DNA of 64,000 nt from an uncultured Mycoplasmatota bacterium (GTDB lineage Bacteria > Bacillota_I > Bacilli_A > RF39 > UBA660): the NCBI GenBank assembly GCA_946497145.1, contig CAMMJA010000001.1:21334-85333 (forward strand), in the 5' to 3' direction. The translations under genes were made by a program, and so were the position numbers. Shown piece after piece: positions 1 to 9,854 of the stretch. Below the pieces are notes generated by a model. That model made no database searches. It saw nothing but the letters and a program-made list of their open reading frames with translations, and had not been told where the DNA came from. The stretch's first letter is position 1; every line of letters begins with the position of its first letter.

Positions 1-2504
1 AAGGTATTTACATTAGGAATATCGATACCTGTTTCAATAATCGTCGTACAAACCAAAACATCGTACTCGTGGTGAATAAATTGAATCATTTTATCCTCTA
101 ATTCTGTCTTAGTCATTTTACCGTGGGCAAATATAATGCGGGCTTCAGGAACCAACCTTTGCAATTGTATTACTTTTTGCTCGATGGTCTCTACTCGATT
201 ATAAAGTAAGAAAACTTGACCATTGCGGGACAATTCTTTGTAAAACGCATCTTTGATGATTTGTTGATTTTCTTCTACTACGTAAGTTTGTACCGGATAT
301 CGATTAACAGGAGGCGTTTCAATCAAAGATAAACTACGGATCCCTACCATCGACATTTGCAACGTACGAGGAATAGGAGTTGCCGTTAAAGTGAGAACAT
401 CAACATTCGTTTTATATTCCTTAATTCGTTCTTTATGCGCTACGCCAAAACGTTGTTCTTCATCAATAATTAACAAACCAAGATCTTTTGGCTGTACATC
501 TTTGCTCAACAAACGATGCGTTCCAATGACCATATCGACTAAGCCAGTTTTTAAGTCATCCAAAATTTTCTTGACTTCTTTGGATGGAGTAAATCGATTT
601 AACAGTGCAATATTGACAGGAAAGTTTTTAAATCGTTCTTTTGCATTTTCATAGTGCTGATTCGATAAAATCGTCGTCGGACATAAAAACAATACTTGTT
701 TCGAATCCATTATGGCTTTAAAGGCAGTCCGGAAAGCCACTTCTGTTTTTCCGTAGCCCACATCACCGCAAAGCAATCGATCCATTGGTTGGCTGGCTTC
801 CATATCTTGTTTAATCTGTTCAATGGCCAGCAGTTGATCTTTGGTGGGCTGATAAGGAAAATCTTGCTCAAATTGATATTGAAGTGGTGTATCTTTTTGA
901 AACATGAATCCCTTACGTAATTCTCTTTCTGCGTACAGACGAATCAATTGTTCCGCAATATCTTTTACTTTATTCTTAACTCTTAATTTGGTCTTTTGCC
1001 ACTCTGTACCACCCAACTTATGAACTTTGGGAATGGCACCTTCCTTTCCTGCAAACTTACTGATCAAATCGATTTTTTCAACCGGAATGTACAACTTATC
1101 TTTCCCTTGATATAAAATTTCCAAATAATCTTTTTTGATAGAACCCTTGGTGAGCGTTCGAATACCATTGTATATTCCAATTCCATGAATATTGTGTACT
1201 ACATAATCTCCTATGTTTAATTTATTGATATCTTTTATTTTCGCGGCATATTTAAATTTTGTTTTATACTGTTTTTTGGTTTCTTTTGTGTGAAACAATT
1301 CTTTATCAGTTAATACAATATATTGTCGATAACCAAAACCACAGTTTAAATCTTTCACGATAATATTGATTTTATTGTTTTGAATGTGTTCTTCATCTGT
1401 CAAAGTATAAACCATGTTCAAATGTTTCGTAAAATTTTTAACTTGATATTCCTTCAAACAAATAATGATCGTTTTACCATAATCGATATTTTCTTTCAAA
1501 TACTTACGAATTAAATCAATATTTTCATTAAAATTGATTATTTCTTTACTATCGTAATGAATGATTTCATCTAATTTTACTCCAGTAACTAAATTATCGA
1601 GCGATAAATAATAGATTTCTTGTTTCGGTTGAATTTCCTCTAAAGAGAACATATATTCGCCTTTAAAGTCAACATCTTTACTTGTACGGTACTCTAATAT
1701 CTCTTCTTGTAAATTGCGATACGCCAATTTAATTTGATTATAATCTTTATAAATCGTAATGGGATCTTTTAAATAAGATAAAATGGATGCGATCTTGTTG
1801 GTTAATTGTCGATATTCTTTATGTTTAAAATCTCTGTTTGTATCCGAAGAAGCAACGAGCAACTCATGATATGGTTTAATTTCTATGGTTTGGATTTCTT
1901 GAATTGACTTTTGATCTTCTTCATCAAAATAACGAATGGATTCGATCGTATCTCCAAAAAATTCTAAACGAACTGGATGATTTTCTCCAATTGGAAATAC
2001 ATCGATGACAAAACCACGTACTCCAACTTCTCCTGTTTTGCTGACAATGGTTTGTCTTTCATATCCATTACTAGATAACTTGAAAACCAATTCTTTTGGA
2101 GCAATTTCATCACCAACCGACAACTTCAAAATACTTTTTTGATAATCGTTCGAAGTTGGTAAATATCGTAAATAACCCATTAAATTTGTAATTACAATCA
2201 TTGGTTGTCCATTTTCCAAAGCATTCAATGTTTCTAGACGCGTAACTTTCAAATCAGGGCTGATGGCAATTGCCTCACTCGTCAAAAAATCATCCATCGG
2301 AAACAGCAATACGCGATCGGTATAGTTTAAGGTACTATTCATTATCTTGTTTGCTTCAAACAACGTGGATGTTAAGACTAAAATACTTCGTTTTTTTTGA
2401 CGTAATAATTGAGAAAGATAAATACCAAAAAAGCCATCGGTAAGGCCTGTAATACCGATGTTATTCGTCTTATCTATCGTTAAAATTTGATCAAAAATAG
2501 ACAT
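1..2504 (-). CDS. mfd: Transcription-repair coupling factor Mfd, N-terminal ~834 codons. The 3' end runs off the window start (partial).
   Basis: Own translation of the minus strand from ATG (plus CAT 2502-2504, RBS GGGTGATAAT upstream) gives MSIFDQILTIDKTNNIGITGLTDGFFGIYLSQ... open to position 1. The antisense of 361-420 reads LTATPIPRTLQMSM, the Mfd/RecG helicase motif. Lies downstream of pth as in Bacillus. Missing from the ORF track because it is incomplete. Confidence 0.8.
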   Translation of the reverse strand, partial: MSIFDQILTIDKTNNIGITGLTDGFFGIYLSQLLRQKKRSILVLTSTLFEANKIMNSTLNYTDRVLLFPMDDFLTSEAIAISPDLKVTRLETLNALENGQPMIVITNLMGYLRYLPTSNDYQKSILKLSVGDEIAPKELVFKLSSNGYERQTIVSKTGEVGVRGFVIDVFPIGENHPVRLEFFGDTIESIRYFDEEDQKSIQEIQTIEIKPYHELLVASSDTNRDFKHKEYRQLTNKIASILSYLKDPITIYKDYNQIKLAYRNLQEEILEYRTSKDVDFKGEYMFSLEEIQPKQEIYYLSLDNLVTGVKLDEIIHYDSKEIINFNENIDLIRKYLKENIDYGKTIIICLKEYQVKNFTKHLNMVYTLTDEEHIQNNKINIIVKDLNCGFGYRQYIVLTDKELFHTKETKKQYKTKFKYAAKIKDINKLNIGDYVVHNIHGIGIYNGIRTLTKGSIKKDYLEILYQGKDKLYIPVEKIDLISKFAGKEGAIPKVHKLGGTEWQKTKLRVKNKVKDIAEQLIRLYAERELRKGFMFQKDTPLQYQFEQDFPYQPTKDQLLAIEQIKQDMEASQPMDRLLCGDVGYGKTEVAFRTAFKAIMDSKQVLFLCPTTILSNQHYENAKERFKNFPVNIALLNRFTPSKEVKKILDDLKTGLVDMVIGTHRLLSKDVQPKDLGLLIIDEEQRFGVAHKERIKEYKTNVDVLTLTATPIPRTLQMSMVGIRSLSLIETPPVNRYPVQTYVVEENQQIIKDAFYKELSRNGQVFLLYNRVETIEQKVIQLQRLVPEARIIFAHGKMTKTELEDKMIQFIHHEYDVLVCTTIIETGIDIPNVNT

Positions 2505-2508
2505 ATTA

Positions 2509-3081
2509 TCACCCTTTTCTGTTATACTGATTCATAAGTGAAGAAAAAGAATGCGTAATACTATCATCAATAATATTCAAAATCGTATCTTGTATAGAAG
2601 CAAGAATTTTTTGTTCTTCCATAGAAAAAGTTCCTAGGACATAATCTTTGGTGTCTATGTCCTTATTATTAGAAATACCAATTTTTAAACGTTTATATTC
2701 ACGCGTCGCTAAATGCAATTCAATATTTTTTAAACCATTGTGTCCACCACTGCTTCCATTTGCTTTCAATTTATAAGTTCCCAAAGATAAATCTAAATCA
2801 TCGTGAACAATTAAAATGTTTTCAATCGGGATCTTGTAATAATCGACAAATTTCTGAACAACTTCTCCAGATAAATTCATATAAGACAACGGTTTTAATA
2901 AGATAATTTTTTCACCTTGATAAATAAATTCGACAAAACGCCCATTGAACTTAGTTTTATCGATTGTGAGATGGTGACGATCGGCATAAGCATCTATGAC
3001 ACTAAAACCAACATTGTGCCTCGTATTGACATATTCTTTTCCAGGATTTCCTAATCCTACAATCAACTTCATGGTTTTCAC
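2509..3081 (-). CDS. pth: peptidyl-tRNA hydrolase
   Basis: 190 aa. N-terminus MKLIVGLGNPGKEYVNTRHNVGF and HNGLKN motif are typical of Pth. Confidence 0.92.
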   Translation of the reverse strand: MKTMKLIVGLGNPGKEYVNTRHNVGFSVIDAYADRHHLTIDKTKFNGRFVEFIYQGEKIILLKPLSYMNLSGEVVQKFVDYYKIPIENILIVHDDLDLSLGTYKLKANGSSGGHNGLKNIELHLATREYKRLKIGISNNKDIDTKDYVLGTFSMEEQKILASIQDTILNIIDDSITHSFSSLMNQYNRKG

Positions 3082-3917
3082 TTCCCTGTATGATATTCTT
3101 TATAAATCACTGATTTGGGTACATTACGTTCAACAGATACTTGTTTAATTGCTTCCTTTTCGCTCATACCATCGTCCAAATATAGTTGGATATGTTCTCT
3201 AATGGTCAACGATTGTATTGCTTCTAATTCGTGGTTACCATCGACAATTAACACAATTTCACCTTTCATTGGTTCTTCCATAGAAAGTATTTGGGAAACT
3301 CTTCCACGATATATGGTTTCATGTATTTTAGAAATTTCACGACAAACGGCAATGTTGCGATCACCCATCACTTTTAAAATACTTTGAAGTGTACTTTCAA
3401 TTCGATGTGGCGCTTCATAAAAAATAAGCGTGGCCACATCGTGTTTTAAGGAATTTAACTCTTTTTCTCTTTTACTTTCTTTGGCATTTAAAAAACCATA
3501 AAACAAAAAGGGTGCTGGTCTTATTCCCGATGCGATGAGTGCCGGAATTAAAGCCGTAGGACCAGGTAAAGCAATAACAGAAAAACCAGAAGCAACAACG
3601 GCTCTTACTACTTTATATCCAGGATCACTGATAATCGGAGTTCCACGATCCGTTACCAAGCCAATTTTTTTACCCTTTTTCAATTCATCTACCACAAAAG
3701 AAGACATTTTCTCTTCGTTATGGTCCTGACAACACAACAATTTTTTCTTAATATTTAACTGATGTAGCAATTGATCAGTAACTCTTGTATCTTCACATAA
3801 AAGAAAATCTACCATTTTAAGAACTTCGATTGCCCGTAACGTAATATCTTGTAAATTTCCAATGGGAGTGGGAATTAAATATAGACCAGTCGCTGTTTCA
3901 TAACTCTTCTGTAACAT
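3078..3917 (-). CDS. rsmI: 16S rRNA (cytidine1402-2'-O)-methyltransferase RsmI (tetrapyrrole-methylase fold, YabC-like)
   Basis: 279 aa. LYLIPTPIGNLQDITLRAIEVLK...LCEDTRVT is the RsmI signature. Start overlaps the pth stop. Confidence 0.9.
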   Translation of the reverse strand: MLQKSYETATGLYLIPTPIGNLQDITLRAIEVLKMVDFLLCEDTRVTDQLLHQLNIKKKLLCCQDHNEEKMSSFVVDELKKGKKIGLVTDRGTPIISDPGYKVVRAVVASGFSVIALPGPTALIPALIASGIRPAPFLFYGFLNAKESKREKELNSLKHDVATLIFYEAPHRIESTLQSILKVMGDRNIAVCREISKIHETIYRGRVSQILSMEEPMKGEIVLIVDGNHELEAIQSLTIREHIQLYLDDGMSEKEAIKQVSVERNVPKSVIYKEYHTGK

Positions 3918-3920
3918 TGA

Positions 3921-4646
3921 TTATTCCTCCTTTAAAAATTGCTGATACTGCTCGCTGTAATTATTGTTTTGATCATGAATCACCAACGGTTCTACAACCT
4001 TTATTCCCGGTTTTCCATGTTTTGCGGCTTCGATTAAAATAATATTAGAATTGGTGCCTACTTTTGGATAGACAAACTGAATTTTTTTGGGCTCCAATCC
4101 ATAATCTCTACACAATTTTAAAATTTCCATCATTCTTTCTGTTCGATGTACTAAAGCAAACGTTCCATTATTTTTAAGTAATTTTCTAACAACTCCAAAG
4201 ATAGATTCCAACTGCAAACTAACCTCATGCCGTGCAAGCGTTTTATGTATATCTTGATTATGAAAATTTTTAGAAGTTATTTTAAAATAAGGAGGATTAC
4301 ATACAATCACATCAAAAGAATCGGCTTCCATCGTTTTTGCATATTCTTTCACATCTTCCCCAATGATATTGATTTGCTCTTCTAATTTGTTTTCCAAGAC
4401 AGATTGCCAAGCAAGAGAAGCAACATCTTTTTGAATTTCAATTCCGACAATTTTCGCCTTAGTTCGCAAAGATAAAATCAAAGGGATTGGTGCTGTCCCA
4501 GTTCCAATATCTAAAATTTTTTTCGTTGATGGACGAAGTGTAACAAAATTAGCCAGTAAAACGGAATCTAAAGAAAAAGCAAACCAATCAGAGTTTTGAT
4601 AGATTTTACGATTAGAATATCCTAACAAATCATTTAACTGTTGCAT
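3921..4646 (-). CDS. SAM-dependent N6-adenine methyltransferase, YabB/TrmN6-like (tRNA m6A37)
   Basis: 241 aa. Has the DIGTGTAPIPL SAM motif and the NPPY catalytic motif (VCNPPYF). Conserved position between rsmI and yaaT. Confidence 0.75.
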   Translation of the reverse strand: MQQLNDLLGYSNRKIYQNSDWFAFSLDSVLLANFVTLRPSTKKILDIGTGTAPIPLILSLRTKAKIVGIEIQKDVASLAWQSVLENKLEEQINIIGEDVKEYAKTMEADSFDVIVCNPPYFKITSKNFHNQDIHKTLARHEVSLQLESIFGVVRKLLKNNGTFALVHRTERMMEILKLCRDYGLEPKKIQFVYPKVGTNSNIILIEAAKHGKPGIKVVEPLVIHDQNNNYSEQYQQFLKEE

Positions 4647-5433
4647 CTTCTTTGTTTACTTCCACTTCTACAATATTTTTATTTTTTAATTCTACTTGAT
4701 AAGTGCGTCGAAACAAATCAACAGAAATTACTTTTCCCAATCCTTCAGGTGTTTGAGCCATCACACCAATATCAGGCATTCCCTGTTTTAATTCACTATA
4801 TAGTTCATCTTCATAATTCAAGCAACACAACAATCTACCACATACGCCATTTATTTTGGTAGGATTTAACGCCAAATATTGATTTTTTGCCATATTGATT
4901 GAAACACTATTAAAATCTCTTAAAAACAAATTACAACAAAGAAAACGACCACAAGGACCAAGACCACCAATTTCTTTTGCCTTATCACGAACTCCGATTT
5001 GCCGTAATTCAATTCTCGTTTTATAAACTTGTGCCAATTTTTTTACCAATTCGCGAAAATCAATCCTTTCATCTGCGACAAATTGAAAAAGTAACTGACT
5101 CCTGTCTAAAGTAAAAGAAGATTGGATAAAAGACATGGGCAATTTCAAATCTTTTGCAAATTTTTTGGCTGTCATTAACGCCTGAAGAGAATCTTTTAAA
5201 TTTTGTTCTTGCTGTTTACGATCTTGTTGTGTTGCGATTCTTAATACCTTTTTAAGTGGTAACATTAAATTTTCTTCTTTTTCTTTTTTTGGCGCAATAC
5301 GTATCGTACCGTATTGCAGTCCTCTTTCTGTTTCCACTACGACATCTTGATTTTTTTGTAAACTCAAATGATTCGTATCAAAATAATAAACTCTTCCATT
5401 TTTAAAAAACGAAACTCCTACAATTTCATGCAT
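4630..5433 (-). CDS. ricT: PSP1-domain protein RicT/YaaT (stage 0 sporulation / RNase Y regulator complex)
   Basis: 267 aa. Cys-rich PSP1 motifs CGRFLCC and GVCGRLLCCLNYE. Synteny holB-yaaT-yabB. Confidence 0.85.
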   Translation of the reverse strand: MHEIVGVSFFKNGRVYYFDTNHLSLQKNQDVVVETERGLQYGTIRIAPKKEKEENLMLPLKKVLRIATQQDRKQQEQNLKDSLQALMTAKKFAKDLKLPMSFIQSSFTLDRSQLLFQFVADERIDFRELVKKLAQVYKTRIELRQIGVRDKAKEIGGLGPCGRFLCCNLFLRDFNSVSINMAKNQYLALNPTKINGVCGRLLCCLNYEDELYSELKQGMPDIGVMAQTPEGLGKVISVDLFRRTYQVELKNKNIVEVEVNKEDATVK

Positions 5434-5439
5434 ACGGTA

Positions 5440-6318
5440 TCACCCTTTCGACAACTGAATAATAAAATTATCCAACCATAGTTTTAAATTAACATTAAAC
5501 TTTAATTTTTGTTTGCATTCTTCTATTGCCTTTAATTTCTCTATGATATCATCATAAGATAATTTAGGAAGCACTTGTGTTAACACTTTTCCATATTTAT
5601 TTTCCAAAAAGGCATCATCAGATAAATGTATTAACAAATCATCATAAATCTCTTCTAATTTTCTTAAAAACTCTTGATACTCCCTTTTGTTATTCTGAGA
5701 AAAAACTTCTAATTTAGAAACAACAGCAATTATCTGGGAACCTTTTTGGTATAAAAGATTCAAAAAATCATAACAATCTTTTTGTTGTTCAAAATTTATG
5801 GGAAGATTACTTTCACCAGTAGATAAAGAATATACTTGGCAACGTGATAAAATCGTATCTAATATTTGATATCGATTTGCAGTAACTAAAATAGCCACAA
5901 TTTGATCTGCTGGTTCTTCCAAAAATTTCAATAATGTATTAGCCGAAGAAGCATTTAATTTTTCGGCTTCAAAAATAATATAGCATCTTCTTCCACCAAT
6001 AATTGACTTAGTTTTAAACGCCTCTTGTAAAGATAACATTTGCTCTTTTTTGATCCAATCCCCTTCAGGTCTAATTACTTTTAAATCAGCATAACTATTT
6101 TCAGAAATTTGATGGCAAATCACACAATCTGTCGTATGCATATCTTCAAAGTATGATGGGCATAACAACATTTTAGCAAACGTAAAAACCAGTTCTTCAC
6201 TATTAGGAAAAGAATTGGTTTCTATTAAATATGCGTGTGACACTTTTTTTGTGTCTATTAAAATTTCTTTCATTTGTGCGATAAATGATTCTTTTTTATC
6301 TAGGATATTTGCTGACAT
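5440..6318 (-). CDS. holB: DNA polymerase III delta-prime subunit
   Basis: 292 aa. AAA+-like, with HAYLIE..., GGRRCYIIFEAEKLN and ILVTANRYQILDTILSRCQVY motifs. Confidence 0.85.
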   Translation of the reverse strand: MSANILDKKESFIAQMKEILIDTKKVSHAYLIETNSFPNSEELVFTFAKMLLCPSYFEDMHTTDCVICHQISENSYADLKVIRPEGDWIKKEQMLSLQEAFKTKSIIGGRRCYIIFEAEKLNASSANTLLKFLEEPADQIVAILVTANRYQILDTILSRCQVYSLSTGESNLPINFEQQKDCYDFLNLLYQKGSQIIAVVSKLEVFSQNNKREYQEFLRKLEEIYDDLLIHLSDDAFLENKYGKVLTQVLPKLSYDDIIEKLKAIEECKQKLKFNVNLKLWLDNFIIQLSKG

Positions 6319-6326
6319 AATTCACC

Positions 6327-6512
6327 TCAAAAGGCCACGATCTTTAACAAAATAAGTGCGAATAAACCGGGCACTCCCAAGCCCCCTACCAAAGCAATCG
6401 TAATCAGATTAATTGGTACAACAAGATTGAAAGATGCTGCGATCAGATTATATCCATATAAAATAAAGGAGCTTAGTATAAATCGTTTGGCTAAAAATAA
6501 AATTTTTTTCAT
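6327..6512 (-). CDS. bofA: pro-sigmaK processing inhibitor BofA
   Basis: 61 aa, 2-TM. VVPINLITIALVGGLGVPGLFALILLKIVAF aligns with the B. subtilis BofA C-terminus (HVPINLVTTAISGILGIPGIAALVVIKQFI). Conserved position next to recR. Confidence 0.72.
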   Translation of the reverse strand: MKKILFLAKRFILSSFILYGYNLIAASFNLVVPINLITIALVGGLGVPGLFALILLKIVAF

Positions 6513-6551
6513 CTTGTCACCTCTATTATACCATATGAAAGGTAGAATAGA

Positions 6552-7148
6552 TTATGATATTTTCTTACGATCTAATAAAGCCCTCTCTAGGGTTAAAGCG
6601 TCAATATATTCCATATCTGCTCCCATCGGAACCCCGTTTGCGATTTTAGAAACTGTGATATTTAGGCCCTCAAGAACTTTTTTAATATATAAACCAGTCA
6701 TTTCTCCTTCTATGCTTGGTTTAAATGCTAAAATAACTTCGTCAAAATGACCTTCTTTAATACGATCTATCAATTTTTCCAACCCAATATCTTCAGGATT
6801 GATCCCATCTAATGGAGAAATAAGACCAGAAAGTACATGATATAAACCATGAAAAGTACCTAGACGTTCAAACAAAAATACACTTTTCACATCGTCTACA
6901 ACACACAACACATTTTCTTCTCGCATTTTATCCTGACAAATAGAGCAAAGGTTATCTTCTGTTAAAGTGTTGCATTTTGGACATGCGTGAATTTTTGTCT
7001 TAACATCATGCATACTATCAGAAAACAATTGAACTCTTTCATCATCCATTTCCATGACAGAAAAAGCCAACCGTTCGGCTGTTTTTTCCCCAATTCCCGG
7101 AAAATATTTAAATGATTCTATTAAATTTTTTATACTATCTGGATACAT
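6552..7148 (-). CDS. recR: recombination protein RecR
   Basis: 198 aa. Has the HhH motif, the C4 zinc finger (CPKCNTLTEDNLCSIC) and a Toprim region. Confidence 0.93.
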   Translation of the reverse strand: MYPDSIKNLIESFKYFPGIGEKTAERLAFSVMEMDDERVQLFSDSMHDVKTKIHACPKCNTLTEDNLCSICQDKMREENVLCVVDDVKSVFLFERLGTFHGLYHVLSGLISPLDGINPEDIGLEKLIDRIKEGHFDEVILAFKPSIEGEMTGLYIKKVLEGLNITVSKIANGVPMGADMEYIDALTLERALLDRKKIS

Positions 7149-7150
7149 AT

Positions 7151-7447
7151 TTAAAACAACCCTGGTACATTACTAAATTTTCCCATTTTTTGTTCTGTCA
7201 TTTCATCTACTTTTTTCATGGCTTCGTTGATTGCAAGCATAATCATATCTTCCAATGGTTCAATATCATCTGTAGTGAGATCAACATTTTTGTCAATTTG
7301 TACTTTATGAACTTTCTTTGTTCCGTCGATGGTTACTCTTACAAAAGTATTGGTACCTTCAAACATCGTACGATCGATTTCTTCTTTTACTTTCATCATT
7401 TCTTTTTGCATATTTTGTGCTTGTTTCATTAACGCTTGTATATTCAT
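7151..7447 (-). CDS. ybaB: nucleoid-associated protein YbaB/EbfC
   Basis: 98 aa. MNIQALMKQAQNMQKEMMKVKEEI... is typical of YbaB. Sits between dnaX and recR. Confidence 0.92.
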   Translation of the reverse strand: MNIQALMKQAQNMQKEMMKVKEEIDRTMFEGTNTFVRVTIDGTKKVHKVQIDKNVDLTTDDIEPLEDMIMLAINEAMKKVDEMTEQKMGKFSNVPGLF

Positions 7448-7456
7448 AATTTCCTC

Positions 7457-9139
7457 CTAATTTTCTTCTATTTCAACAATATCACCAAACATCTCAACAG
7501 CAGTTTGATAAGCATCTGCTTCTTTTTTAATATCTGTTATTGTGTCTATCAGCATTGATTCTTCTAATTGTGGTTCGTCTTTGTAAACATAAGGAATATT
7601 CTGATTCTTTTTTTGAATAAATTCCTCTCTTAATTTTTTCCAAGTTTCATCTGTCACAAATAATAAATTCACAGTATGACCTAATATTTCTAAAAATTGG
7701 TGTTCCAATTCTCTTTGATGCTCTAGGGCTTGTTCTACCATAGATTCATATTCATAACTAATCAAAATATTCTCATCACTTGCTACTCGAATATTTCCAT
7801 CTAAAATCAAACAAATCAAAAAGCCAATTTTCGAATCAAAAATACGACTTTTTAACTGTTCGGTTTTTTGTTTAATGTTGATTAGAATATCTTTTGATGC
7901 TCTTGCAAAAGTATTATTGATTCTAATGCTGAACAATTCTTCATTTTGTTTTGCGATTAACAAAGATTGTGTTTTTTCTTTAGGAATTTCTTCTGGACTC
8001 GGTGTTTTTTCTACATGCGCAGGCACCTTTTCACGTGATATAGAATTACTACTAGAAGCAATATCATCCTTTTGGTCCACGATTATTTCCCGGGAAATAT
8101 TTTTTTCTAATTCCTTCATCGATTGAATCATTCCAATTTCAAAAATAATTTTTACATTTTCGGTTTCTTTCATTGCTGTTTGTAGACGATTTAATGTAAA
8201 AATAAGTTGAATCATATCGTGTTCTGGATATAGTAATGCTTCATTCTTCGTATAAAACTGGATAAGTTGATTACGTAAATAGACAATTATTTGATTGATA
8301 ATTTGAAAAAAATCTCGTCCACTTTTATCGAACACTTGTATGCTTTCTACTACTTTTTTTACATTCTGACTGAAAAGATCTTTCAAAAACTGTTCAACCA
8401 TATTATAACTTAAAGTTCCACGTGAACTGTGATAATCTTCAAGCGTAATATTATCTTTTGCATAAGAACTTAACTGGTCTAAAATTCCTAGAGCATCGCG
8501 CATTCCTCCATCACAAGAACGTGCAATTTCTTGAAGTACTTCATCTTCTATGTTAATTTTTTCCTGAGCAACCACTTCTTTTAAGCGGAAGACAATATCT
8601 TCTACTTCAATTTTACGAAAAGGAAAACACTGACATCTTGATAAAATTGTTGTTGGAACCTTATGCATTTCAGTAGTTGCTAATATAAAAATAGCATGTT
8701 CCGGTGGCTCTTCCAACGTTTTTAATAGAGCATTAAATGCACCAATAGAAAGCATGTGAACTTCATCAATAATATAAACTTTATATTTTAAACTCGAGGG
8801 CACTAAATTTATTTTATTTTTCAATTCACGAATCTCATCCACACCATTGTTAGATGCAGCATCAATTTCAACGATATCGACACAAGAGTGCTCGGAAATT
8901 TCTATACAATGAGAACACTCTTCACACGGTTCTCCATCAATAGGATGTTCGCAATTGACAGCTTTGGCAAACAATTTTGCTAAAGTCGTTTTTCCTGTTC
9001 CCCTCGGTCCATAGAACAAGTAAGCATGGCTGATTTTTCCTATTTGTAAAGAATTTTTTAAAGTTGTAACAATAGAAGTTTGCCCTACAACATCTTTAAA
9101 TTTTTGTGGGCGATATTTACGATACAATGCCTGGTACAT
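7457..9139 (-). CDS. dnaX: DNA polymerase III gamma/tau subunit
   Basis: 560 aa. YRKYRPQKFKDVVGQ...GPRGTGKTT Walker A and the zinc module CEHPIDGEPCEECSHC. Confidence 0.95.
   Translation of the reverse strand: MYQALYRKYRPQKFKDVVGQTSIVTTLKNSLQIGKISHAYLFYGPRGTGKTTLAKLFAKAVNCEHPIDGEPCEECSHCIEISEHSCVDIVEIDAASNNGVDEIRELKNKINLVPSSLKYKVYIIDEVHMLSIGAFNALLKTLEEPPEHAIFILATTEMHKVPTTILSRCQCFPFRKIEVEDIVFRLKEVVAQEKINIEDEVLQEIARSCDGGMRDALGILDQLSSYAKDNITLEDYHSSRGTLSYNMVEQFLKDLFSQNVKKVVESIQVFDKSGRDFFQIINQIIVYLRNQLIQFYTKNEALLYPEHDMIQLIFTLNRLQTAMKETENVKIIFEIGMIQSMKELEKNISREIIVDQKDDIASSSNSISREKVPAHVEKTPSPEEIPKEKTQSLLIAKQNEELFSIRINNTFARASKDILINIKQKTEQLKSRIFDSKIGFLICLILDGNIRVASDENILISYEYESMVEQALEHQRELEHQFLEILGHTVNLLFVTDETWKKLREEFIQKKNQNIPYVYKDEPQLEESMLIDTITDIKKEADAYQTAVEMFGDIVEIEEN
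8085..8098. promoter_or_regulatory. Noc-binding-site (NBS) palindrome ATTTCCCGGGAAAT, embedded in the dnaX coding sequence
   Basis: Exact 14-bp match to the B. subtilis NBS consensus as recalled. CCCGGG is otherwise very rare in this AT-rich window. Confidence 0.6.
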
Positions 9140-9178
9140 AATTCACCCCCTATCACAAGTACTAATATGATTATAGCA

Positions 9179-9655
9179 TCAAATCGACTTATCGAAAACA
9201 CCATTTTTTAATCTTTTTTTCTTGAAATAAGATACTAAAAGCAATCGGCATTCTTCGTTGTTGCAATTTGTAACATTGCAAACTGATCGATTTCTATCTG
9301 TTGTTTGAAAAATCATATTGGTAATTGTCTGATTTTTTGTTTCACAATTAGGAATACCATAATAAACCGATTTTATTCGAGATTGCTGAATAGCACTCGC
9401 ACACATCGGACATGGTTCTAAAGTAACATAGAGTTCGCAATCGTCTAAGCGCCAGTTAGATAATTTCTTAGATGCTTTTTTGATTGCTAATATTTCAGCA
9501 TGTGAAGTTACATTTTGATCGTGTTCTTTTAAATTATGTGCTTGAGCAATAATTTGATCATTATATACTATGACAGCACCAATAGGTACTTCATCTAATT
9601 TATATGCTTTTTTTGCTTCTTCAATGGCTATTTTCATATATTTTTCCGTATTCAT
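9179..9655 (-). CDS. tadA: tRNA-specific adenosine deaminase
   Basis: CMP/dCMP deaminase motifs HAEILAIKK and PCPMCASAI. Start set at MNTEKYMK (RBS GGAGTG 6 nt upstream). The longer track ORF (start 9685) would run into the SRP RNA. Confidence 0.88.
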   Translation of the reverse strand: MNTEKYMKIAIEEAKKAYKLDEVPIGAVIVYNDQIIAQAHNLKEHDQNVTSHAEILAIKKASKKLSNWRLDDCELYVTLEPCPMCASAIQQSRIKSVYYGIPNCETKNQTITNMIFQTTDRNRSVCNVTNCNNEECRLLLVSYFKKKRLKNGVFDKSI

Positions 9656-9674
9656 AAAAACACTCCAAACAAAA

Positions 9675-9758
9675 ATAAAGTGCACATGAAGAAATTTTAT
9701 TAGGGCTGCTATTTTCCAATCCTGACCCGGTTCTAAAACTCTTCATTGCACGTTTTAA
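9675..9758 (-). ncRNA. ffs: SRP RNA (small 4.5S/scRNA type)
   Basis: Minus-strand RNA is ...ACGUGCAAUGAAGAGUUUUAGAACCGGGUCAGGAUUGGAAAAUAGCAGCCCUAAUAAAAUUUCUUCAUGUGCACUUUAUUUUUG. It forms a long imperfect hairpin (GUGCAAUGAAGA pairs with UCUUCAUGUGCAC). The apical domain-IV motifs GUCAGG..GGAA..AGCAGCC align with E. coli 4.5S CCAGGUCAGGUCCGGAAGGAAGCAGCC. A U-run follows. Ends are approximate. Confidence 0.65.
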
Positions 9759-9799
9759 TTTTAATATATTTACTGTAAAAAAGCAACTATTCTTTTGTT

Positions 9800-9815
9800 T
9801 GTTTCACGTGAAACA
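9800..9815. promoter_or_regulatory. parS site (ParB/Spo0J centromere), perfect TGTTTCACGTGAAACA
   Basis: Exact 16-bp palindrome matching the Firmicutes parS consensus TGTTNCACGTGAAACA. Confidence 0.85.
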
Positions 9816-9854
9816 TTTTAGTAATCTTTATAAATTTATTTTTGTTTCTATCTT

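Noticed and set aside
391-920. Plus-strand ORFs 391..654 and 696..920
   Set aside because: They lie antisense to the continuous mfd reading frame (the minus strand encodes LTATPIPRTLQMSM here). They have no RBS and are AT-rich low-complexity translations.
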